DNA from: Epithemia pelagica
Lineage: Eukaryota > Protista > Bacillariophyta
Reading direction: 5' to 3'
Assembly: GCA_946965045.2 (NCBI GenBank)
Contig: OX337231.1
Span: forward strand, 2,232,001-2,296,000
Length of the DNA stretch: 64,000 nucleotides
The notes under the pieces were generated by a model that had not been told where the DNA came from, ran no database searches, and saw only the letters and a list, made by a program, of their open reading frames with translations. Shown here piece after piece: positions 32,047 through 40,909 of this stretch (position 1 is the first letter of the stretch; the number at the start of each line of letters is the position of its first letter). A program made the translations under genes and the position numbers.

Positions 32047-33804
32047 ATGAAAACAATATATGAGCCTCCAAATGGTTCTCGGCCTAAGTTATCTTCGTCG
32101 CCCTTGCAAAGAACTGCGCATCCCAATGAAAGAACCAATCGAATGGAAACCTCTCACACCCACCGCGCACGGGAATGCCCCCCTTTGGCTTTTGTTGCTG
32201 AGCATTCGCCGCTCCATGAACCCAATAATGACCACCCCAACAACGAAATTAACGAGCAGACTTCCACTTTTGAAACGATGGCCATGACAAAGGAACCAGT
32301 GGCACCAACCTGCAATGAGCTGCATCTGCTGGACAGACCCTTCTCGTTGGAGCTCTTGTACGCAGCAGACCCTTGCCATTTCTCCTTTTCCAGAGAGTTA
32401 GATGACTCATATTTTGCGAATCAAATAGTAATCGCGGACAAAGTCTCGGTTGAAAACCCAGAAACGAGGCCGTTGCGTCCAAGAATCTCTCTGGACGGAC
32501 TAGACCGTTCGGCTTCAAGGAGCGCAACTCCCAATCGACAAAGAGATCGTGAGCCACAGCTGTCGCCACGAAAATCCCCTCGCCAACGAAAAAGTCTCAT
32601 ACATTCTCTGGATAGCACGACTCCTGGGTGGAGAAAAGACGGTTCAATTCAAGGTTCCCCTCGAGACTCTCCCAGGAAACGAGCACTGTCTCACACTGTA
32701 CATTTTGGACAACAGGGAAACGGACGGTCGACGAGTCCACACAATCTCAGCGATGATGTCGAGGAACATTCTGACGAGGAGACAAAATTGAAATTGCCTC
32801 GTTTTGTGGACAAAAACACCCTTCGATTGGTGAAGGATTATCTGGTACACGAGTATGTTGAACAGAAACCTACCAAGAGACTAAAAGTCGCTCCCGAAAT
32901 GGACAATGTTATGGTATGCTGTGACGACGATGACATGACTAACTTTATGAGACAAATGAATGAACAAGCTGTAGAGAAAGCGAGCTTTGTCACTCATCAT
33001 AATAAGGCTCACATGTTCTCCAGACGCGGCAGAAGAGATCTAGAGGAGACATCGTCGTCTGATGATGAGGAGCAGGAAGAAGACGAAGAAGTCACAAGGG
33101 TTATTGACGAATTTGTAGAATTCGAGGAAGATCAAACGCTGGGAAACGATCTATTTCAAACAATGGTGCATAATATTCAGAAAACGAAAGCGGCTGTTTT
33201 GAAGCAATCCACGAAAAATAAGAAAAAGAGGAATAACAGTGCAGCACTTGATAGACGAACCCTGGGATGGCTTCGAAAAGCTGCAAGTATTCATCAAGCT
33301 GGAACGGACTCGAACTTTCAGCATCCGGTGATCAAAAGAATCACTGAAGAAGAAAACGGTCGTCGCACAACTCGTCGTATGGCAAGACAGCACCACGACA
33401 ATCGAAAACGAAAAAGAAAAAAACAAGAAGAAGACAAACGAGAAGTTAAACAAGGGATCTCTGTAGTTCCATCTGGACTTGACGATTTGCTGTTCACCGT
33501 TAACGACATGGGCCTGGGAACCAGTCGAAAGACAAGAAGCCAAAGGTACAAGCCCAACAAAACTGCTACCATATCGCAGAAGACTCAAGAGATGGATTCC
33601 GAACTTACATCGTTTCAAGACCCGGTCCATGCGGGTTTGGCATCGCGGTCGTCTGGGAAACAAAGAAGTACAATTGGAAAGGAAGCCACCTTGCCTCTGG
33701 AACGGCCATGGAAAGGATCAGCTGGCATTTCACTCAAACTTCCAAGCAGCCGACACTCGCAAGAAAGTTTTGCACCCCTCCAACCAGTCAGAACCAATCA
33801 TTGA
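32047..33804 (+). CDS. Hypothetical charged low-complexity protein
   Basis: 605-codon ORF with acidic and basic tracts and no recognised domain; start uncertain (32047 or 32143). Confidence 0.6.
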   Translation: MKTIYEPPNGSRPKLSSSPLQRTAHPNERTNRMETSHTHRARECPPLAFVAEHSPLHEPNNDHPNNEINEQTSTFETMAMTKEPVAPTCNELHLLDRPFSLELLYAADPCHFSFSRELDDSYFANQIVIADKVSVENPETRPLRPRISLDGLDRSASRSATPNRQRDREPQLSPRKSPRQRKSLIHSLDSTTPGWRKDGSIQGSPRDSPRKRALSHTVHFGQQGNGRSTSPHNLSDDVEEHSDEETKLKLPRFVDKNTLRLVKDYLVHEYVEQKPTKRLKVAPEMDNVMVCCDDDDMTNFMRQMNEQAVEKASFVTHHNKAHMFSRRGRRDLEETSSSDDEEQEEDEEVTRVIDEFVEFEEDQTLGNDLFQTMVHNIQKTKAAVLKQSTKNKKKRNNSAALDRRTLGWLRKAASIHQAGTDSNFQHPVIKRITEEENGRRTTRRMARQHHDNRKRKRKKQEEDKREVKQGISVVPSGLDDLLFTVNDMGLGTSRKTRSQRYKPNKTATISQKTQEMDSELTSFQDPVHAGLASRSSGKQRSTIGKEATLPLERPWKGSAGISLKLPSSRHSQESFAPLQPVRTNH

Positions 33805-34116
33805 TGAAACTGGGCCATTTCTTGACGGAAAGAGCAGTAAGCCCAAACTGCAAATTGTATCCCTGGCGCAATCAACGTCCAGCTTGATTTGGTTCTAGGC
33901 AGTTCAATCATAAGGCCTCCCAGTTCCAGACTTGTGCATCCTGTACGAAGTTCAGTCTGAATCGAAATTTCATCCAGTTGAATATATTGTGCATGGATAC
34001 CCTCCTGCATGGATGGTGGAGATCGCTCTGTCTCTTTCTCCTCATGGACAGACACGATCGCCGTCATGTGGAAGTCTAACAGGCTACAACGCGAAAGAAG
34101 TGATTGACTTGGGTCT

Positions 34117-34572
34117 TTTCATGGCATGTTTCCCTTTATGTCGTCTCAAACTATCTGCCCCTAAGTGAATACGGAGACAGCAGATGGTCAAGCTTCGGAT
34201 TCCCCCCTTAGACTGGATTCCTCCTGTTCGTGGCTTGGAAGACAGGGACCAATCATTAGATGTATTGGCCCCGATCTATCAACGATTGCTGCAATGACCT
34301 AGAGATTTCGGTATTCCGTGAAGTTGCTCTTCATTACTCGAACCAGAGCGGCGAAGCTCGATGCATGTGTAGTCGGGGGTCGGAGTTCGTTATAGAACGA
34401 CATCTGAGATGCCGTAGTCCCTCTCCATGGATCAAGATAGCGAATGGTTAAGTAAATTTTGTTGCCTGTCGACATAGTTAGCAGGTCTACCACACTTTTG
34501 TGGGAAAGGAGTGGTCCCTACTCCCTACCAAAGCTACCTTACCCGAGCGTTCACATCTCGTTTCCGTTCTTG
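34117..34572. repeat. Copy A of an unclassified ~450-bp dispersed direct repeat
   Basis: Collinear similarity with 37134-38130, e.g. GCAATGACCTAGAGATTT, GCTCGATGCATGTGT, CCCTCTCCATGGATCAA, GATAGCGAATGGTTAAGT versus ATAGCGAATGGTTAAGT, CTACCACACTT. Boundaries approximate. Confidence 0.85.
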
Positions 34573-34621
34573 CGGGAGGATAGGGCACGGATAAGGTCGG
34601 AACCAATCCATATCCAAACCG

Positions 34622-34757
34622 CGGGGATGCACTTTTCTCCAGCGGACCTATAGTTTACAGAAGAGAGGCTCGGAAGAGTCAGTTGCGCGGGGATACACTT
34701 TTCTCCAGCGGACATCTATAGTTTACAGAAGAGAGGCTCGGAAAAGTCAGTTGCGGA
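34622..34757. repeat. Two-copy tandem repeat, ~67-69-bp unit
   Basis: GGGGAT(G/A)CACTTTTCTCCAGCGGAC...TATAGTTTACAGAAGAGAGGCTCGGAA(G/A)AGTCAGTTGCG occurs twice. Confidence 0.9.
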
Positions 34758-35099
34758 GACCGTATGTGGCAGATGCTACACAGGTTCCCTGTCCCCGAGG
34801 AGGGCTTTCCGGTCACTCTTTGAGACCTTTGGAGTAGAAACAAAGTCAAGAATTACGTTGGGCGCACATCTCTTGTGCAACTTTGTCGTTCGCAAGCTTG
34901 TCAAACGTTTGAACCAGGCAGAACGCGCTCAATCTATTGAGTGTCTAGTTCAAAACTAAGAAAAGGGCATTCCTAGTTTGGTGACTATGCAAGCACGGAG
35001 CCATTCGTGTTGTTGTTCGTAAAAGGCAATGTTGTCATAACTCCGCAATACGCTTGAGCAGGCGTCATTGAATCTTTGACAATGAGGCTCGTTGATTCC

Positions 35100-36763
35100 T
35101 TATTTCGGATAGAGTTGGTTGGCGACATGATAGCCAACCAGGTAGGCTGTCATTTGAGGGCTCACCCTGGGAAGCGGCACCGCCGACAGATCGGCAACAT
35201 GGATATTGTCGCATCCTTTGACCCTTCCGGTATCGGAGGAATTCTCCTCTCCATTCTCCAGTGCGTAGCCCAGAAGACACCCTCCGGCCAAATGCTGCTG
35301 GGAAAGCATGGAATTCTCGCTGTAGTTTCGAATGTATTCGTCAATCTGACCTTCCTCGTAGGGTATTTTCGTGGCGAGTCGGTAGAGGAACCGAATGGGA
35401 AAGCTTGGCTTTTCCCCCAAGAGCTCCAACAAGGGCAGACCTTCCTCGCCAATGACCTTTTTTGCCAAGTCCTTGTCTTGCTCGTCTTCGAACCATGCTA
35501 GAGAAATGCGGTCGTTCGTGGTCGAGCTATCATATTCTCCTGTTTGTGCGGGGTTGTACTTGATAATGGCCGTGATATATTCAGGATCCTCACCGCCAGT
35601 CAATGCAATAATGAACAAGTTCAAAATCGATACCACAATTCGGACCACGTTTTTCACCAGGTCGAAGAGGCGAGGTCTCGTCCAGACAATTCGCTTGAGC
35701 CAGTTGGGCAGCAAAAACGCCAGATACAGGTGCGCGGTCAAGTACAAGAGCTTTGTGAGCTTTCCCGAAAATCAAAAGAGACAATGATCTTGTCATTATT
35801 CTCATCAGTACTGCTTGGTTCGAATTCCAACGTGTTGAAGATTGGACCGTAGATGTCTTTGGGAGACAATTTGATATCCTTGGGCTTGACATAAATGCCG
35901 AGAGGCATGGCAATATGATCCGATACATACTTGCCAATCTCACTGTTCTCGCTCACAAGGTTCTCGTGGTTCATTAAAAGTCGTGGGGATCCGGCCCCTG
36001 CACAGAGAATGACTTTGCCATGGTCCTTGAGCTTGACACTCTGGGTGTCCTGGGTGTCCAAGAATTTGACACGGACCGACGTGCACCGTGTTCCAGTCAG
36101 TTCCAATTCCTCCACTTGTACCCCGGTTTCGAGCCGAATGCGACTGTCATACCAGTCCACAATGGAGACACCGCTGTTGGTCCGTTCCCCAAATTCATTG
36201 AATTGTGTCGGAAACTGGTACATTTGACGAGGTTTGTCATCATCCTGGTTGGGAATATTTTGAATCCGGCTCGATGCATCGGGTTTGGCAAATCCACGAG
36301 TCTCGCCTTGTTGAATAATGTGCGTCGTGATGGGCGTTTGGTGGTCCATGGGGTTGTCGCGATGGAATTCGGTATTGAGGCGACTCTTTAATCCATTCCA
36401 GTAGTCGACCGTAAAGCCCAAATGCTTGGCGAGCCACGTCGATGCCTCGTGAATCATGGTATAATTGATGGATCCGCCGCCTCCCATGGTAGAAGCTCCA
36501 CCCGAGAGGATGGGCTTGCCACTGCGTGAGAGGGCATTGTGCAATTTGAAAATGGGTCCGTTGGCATAGGATTTCGTCCATTCATTTTGATGCGTAATAT
36601 CGCTCGTAAAAAAGAAGTTTTGACCTCGTTCCAAGACAAGAACCTTGACATTCTCATTATTGGTTGCCTGGAGATAATGATTCAAAAAGCCACAGGCGCC
36701 ATTGCCAGATCCAATGACAATCAGGTCAAACTCGGCTTGGCTCAACACTTCTCGACCAGCCAT
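35100..36763 (-). CDS. GMC (glucose-methanol-choline) oxidoreductase, intronless, split by a 1-nt frameshift
   Basis: FAD motif DLIVIGSGNGA, VLERG, GGASTMGGGGSINYTM, ILCAGAGSP, IGKYVSDH; C-terminal QQHLAGGC and GRVKGCDNIHVADLS. One extra T in the T4 run at 35768-35771 restores a 554-aa ORF. Confidence 0.82.
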
Positions 36764-37133
36764 GAGTACAAGCCTGCTTCCGTCGCTGCTGCCGGGGTTG
36801 TCGCCTGGAGATGACTCGAGAAGCGGAGATGGGGACGAGCGGAAACCACAGTGGATGGAACAAGAGAAGAATAAGCTCCTTCGCGAGCCAAGGAAAACGC
36901 CGACGAGAGACCCATGCTGCGAGTTGCGAGAACCGCAACGAGCCAAAGGGGCGTCGACGCCGTCCTCCACAATAATTGCGGCGAAGACTTTACCATCATC
37001 TTGATCTTTGACCTGTGTGGAGCAATGTGGAACAATGCGTGGAATCGCTGAACGAGGAGCTTGCATTGTTCAAGGCAGGAAGATACGCCCCTGTGCAGGG
37101 TTTTCTAGGGCCGGGGGTGTCGCGCGGTCGCAG

Positions 37134-38130
37134 TTCATGGTATCTTTTCGATCGCGTCTTAAACTCTTCGGTATCTAGCTACCCCTAAGGCCATTCCTAT
37201 ACCTCCGACCAAACCAAACCTGTGTCCCTGACGTCATCATCGGATCCAGTTTTGGCGGGTTTTGCCATCCTATACCACCAACCAAACCAAAATCAAATGC
37301 CGCCCCAAGGCCCCCAACAGTCCCCATGTCCACTTTAAGTTTTTGAATACTAAAAGTTTTGAAAGTAGGACATTGAGCCCGGATGTTTCATCTACCCAGG
37401 GGGACCGTTGGAGTCGAACGCGCGCCGCGTATTTGGCAACCGGCATTTGTCATTTCTGTAGGAGAAATATACACTAGTATTGATAAAACACTATCCCTAA
37501 TGTCAATTCGGATTATCCCTAATGGTGAATATGGGATATTCAGGTTTGGAGGGTTACCAAACCTGAGCTCAACTTTGGTAAAAACCAGAGGTCGACCAAA
37601 GTTGAACAGTCCAACAACCCGGATTTGACGTCATATTTCCGGGTGTTTGATGACGTGTCACGCTTCAGGTTTGGTTTGGTCGAAGGTATAGGAATGGCCT
37701 AATATGTTGTAAAGTGACCACAGAGACATTAGATGGCCAAGATTTGGATTTCCCCCTCTGATTCATGGCTTTGATGAAAGGGACCAATCATCATCATCAT
37801 GTTGTATTGGCCCCAATTTATCGCAATGACCTAGAGATTTGGATCTTCTGTAAAGTTGCGCTTCAATACTCGAGCCAGAGGCGGCAAAGCTCGATGCATG
37901 TGTCAAGTGGGGACGGGGATCGCTATCTAGGAGTAGAACCATATCTGAGATGCCATTGTCCCTCTCCATGGATCAAATAGCGAATGGTTAAGTGAATTTT
38001 TGTTATCGTTAGCAGATCTACCACACTTGTGGGAATGAAGTGGTCTACCAGAGCTACCTACAACAATGAGCCGCATCTGGAAAACGGAAGGGCAAATGGA
38101 CGAGGAGCGTTCGCATCTCGCTTCCGCGTT
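37134..38130. repeat. Copy B of the dispersed direct repeat, interrupted by the MITE
   Basis: Similarity to copy A on both sides of the MITE (37134-37188 and 37712-38130), with small indels. Confidence 0.8.
37189..37699. mobile_element. 511-bp non-autonomous PIF/Harbinger-type (Tourist-like) MITE
   Basis: 34-bp terminal inverted repeats GGCCATTCCTATACCT(C/T)CGACCAAACCAAACCTG (37189-37222 and 37666-37699, 1 mismatch); TAA duplicated at 37186-37188 and 37700-37702; no substantial ORF inside. Confidence 0.9.
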
Positions 38131-38568
38131 TTGTTGCGGCCAACGACTCGCAACCAACCACCCCAAGAAAACAGGACATCATCTCCTCGTCGCGTGATGC
38201 ATCGCGAACGGATTGCGTCATTATGGTCTCCAAGAGTAGATATCCGCGACTGAGAACTCGGCAAGCGGTCATGGACCACCTTGCACCACGTCACACGAAG
38301 CATTTTGGTCCCGGGGCAATTGTAGAATGACCCCTTTGCTGAATGCGACGGAAGGCGAAGGAGACAAACGGCTCTTTAGGAAATTGCTGTGTCTGCAATG
38401 TGTCTGGGAGTGGGGTGCAGGATTCGAGAGATGCTCCACATAAAATCAATTCTGTTTCTCACTGGAAGAGACACACAAATCAACGACCCAACAATCGATC
38501 ACCCACACAAACACATTGCAAGAAGGAATTCTCTAATCATGAGCTCACGACAAAGGAATCGAACAAGA

Positions 38569-39852
38569 ATGATGGAACGTATACTGATTGCCAGTCTATG
38601 TTGGCCTTTGAGCTTTGCCTTTCTCTCATCGGACACAATCAATGGAGTGGTTCGGTCATCCATTCCTGCATTCAGTTCCTCATCCTCGCTGAAACACCCA
38701 ACGCATCATGTCACTCAAACCCGGCAACAACTGCTTACCGAGACTCTTCCTCTTCAGAGAGCAGACGCTATGCCACTGTCCAGATCCAACTCGTCCTTGG
38801 GTCGCAACGTCTTACCTCGAGAAATTGCGCAACTGAGTCATCCATTGGCCGCAGGAGCTGTGATTGTTCAAACACTTTTGGTACAACCCATGATGAAAGA
38901 GATTGGTTATGTACTGCAGCGCTCCCTCGACAAGACCGCCATTTGTTTCCCAACTCTCAGTCCAACGGCTATTGAAGCCAAAGTCTTTTCGACCATGGGT
39001 CACTTGGCTCTCGATGCCGTTGCCCTGGCAGGGGCACCATCCTCCATGTCGGCCATGGGATTTCGAGTCATTTCGGTTCTGGGTCACTTGTGTTCCACTA
39101 CTGCGTTTCAAGTCCAAGAAGCTGGTGTCACAGCTCCAGAGGAATGTCTCTTTCAGCTTGCCACTCTCTACCTTGCTTTCTCGAACCTATTCAAGCATCT
39201 TTCCCATCACGTGGTAAGCCAAATGCTCTCGGGAGGTCCCACTTCGCGGAATCACCGAGCCTTCAAGCTTCTCTTTGAACCAACGGGGATGAATCTGTAT
39301 CAGTACAACACCTTATCGTCCTTCACAACCGATTGGGTGACACTCCAAGAAGGCGATGAGATTCAAAGCTCCTCGGAAGCCCTGTATTGGCTTTACAAGG
39401 GAAGCGTTCATGTACAAAACCACGACTCCCAATCGTCCTACGAGCTTCAAGCCAATCCCATTACACGGAACTGGTCGGCCAAGGTTCACACCGGACTTTT
39501 GGGTGACTTGGACTTTCTTCGCCAGCTCGAATCACCTTCTTCTTCTTCCACCAGTGCTTCCTTTACAGGAGGCTTGTCCAGTTTCCAACAAGAGATTTTG
39601 AACCAGTTTGGATGCGCCAGCACCAATCCAGAAGAAGAACAACAAGAAGAAGAATGTGACTTGGAACCTGCAATCGATTCCAAGGGCGAGTCCTGGACGG
39701 TCGGACCGGGTGGAGCCACTTTGTTACGTATTGATACCAAGGCGGCCCTCTCGCTCCTTCATGACTACGACGAGTCTCTGGAGAAGCCTCTTCGCAAGCT
39801 CGTTCTCCAAGGACTTCAATCCAAGCTCAATCGTTCCTTGTCACAATCGTGA
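38569..39852 (+). CDS. Membrane protein with Popeye-like/cyclic-nucleotide-binding-like C-terminal domain and signal-peptide-like N-terminus
   Basis: MMERILIASLCWPLSFAF N-terminus, hydrophobic central helices, then AFKLLFEPTGMNLYQYNTL, LQEGDEI..LYWLYKGSVHV, GLLGDLDF and ATLLRID (cNMP/cupin-like pattern). Confidence 0.6.
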   Translation: MMERILIASLCWPLSFAFLSSDTINGVVRSSIPAFSSSSSLKHPTHHVTQTRQQLLTETLPLQRADAMPLSRSNSSLGRNVLPREIAQLSHPLAAGAVIVQTLLVQPMMKEIGYVLQRSLDKTAICFPTLSPTAIEAKVFSTMGHLALDAVALAGAPSSMSAMGFRVISVLGHLCSTTAFQVQEAGVTAPEECLFQLATLYLAFSNLFKHLSHHVVSQMLSGGPTSRNHRAFKLLFEPTGMNLYQYNTLSSFTTDWVTLQEGDEIQSSSEALYWLYKGSVHVQNHDSQSSYELQANPITRNWSAKVHTGLLGDLDFLRQLESPSSSSTSASFTGGLSSFQQEILNQFGCASTNPEEEQQEEECDLEPAIDSKGESWTVGPGGATLLRIDTKAALSLLHDYDESLEKPLRKLVLQGLQSKLNRSLSQS

Positions 39853-40909
39853 GAGGAATTTTTGCTACACTGTCTTGGAGGGTTTCGGTCCACCGCCGAA
39901 TGCACATACATTTTGCCATAGAGCGATTCATAGATCTACACACTAGAAAGATAAGACATAAATAGACCATATACATTTGCATAACGAACCAAACAAGAAG
40001 TTACTGTTCCATCAAGCTATCGGATCCATTGCGCCGTATCCATCCGAATCCTCTCCTTGTTTAGACCCTCAACACGGTCGACCCATCAGTCTACCTAGGC
40101 TGGAGTACCTTCTCCATATCCGGTAACCGCTCTCCAACAGAACAAGATAGATTCAGTTGGAGCAGTCCAGATAGACTCTGGCACGTCCGTTGCATTTCGA
40201 AGTAGTTTTGGTCGGAGTCGAACTTGGCGGATCACACGAATCGCAGAGCTGCGCGATAGCAGCAACCCACTCACAACTCCTCCCACTGCTTCAAACGTTG
40301 AACACCCGAAACAAGAACAAAGAGACACTTCCCCACGACTGCTCTCCAGGAGAAGACGGCAAACAATTGGCGACGTAACAGGGACTTTTTGCATTCGGAG
40401 CAATAAGAAGCATGATGAACGTTTCTTATTCTTTCTGGATATTCGTTCGCCGAGATGTAACGGCCTCTTGGTCAATTATCGCCGTTAGATCTATAGACGA
40501 AGACGAGTATACGTATAACACATAATCAAGATGCAGTAGGAGTATGTCGATGATGACAATTACAAGATACCCAGGACGACAAGAGACTTTGGACTTCTAC
40601 TGCTATTACGCACTACTCCTACTCCCACCAGGTAGCCACCCGTAGCCACCATAGCGTCAGGCATAAGAAGTCGCGCTTTTGTTGCGTGCCCTTAAAGGAT
40701 CCGTCCGGTCGCTGTTATGCCACGGCCGAATCTGTCGTCTTTGATCCAAACAACAAACAAACAACAACAACGGCAGCAGCGGCACGTCCAAAAGAAAACT
40801 TGCTTGTGTCAGGGAGACGAATTTGTTGTCGTCTCATCATTGACAGTTCTTGCTGAAAGGCTTCTTAAAGAGTGATTCGTTTTGAACGTACGATCTATTC
40901 TCGCCTTTC

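Noticed and set aside
34260-37980. Similar short ORFs at 34260-34451 and 37765-37980 as a small-protein family
   Set aside because: The similarity only mirrors the DNA repeat; starts, frames and indels are not conserved between copies.
14650-39852. Cyclase and cNMP-binding protein as a functional cluster
   Set aside because: They are more than 20 kb apart with unrelated genes between, and both families are common in diatoms.
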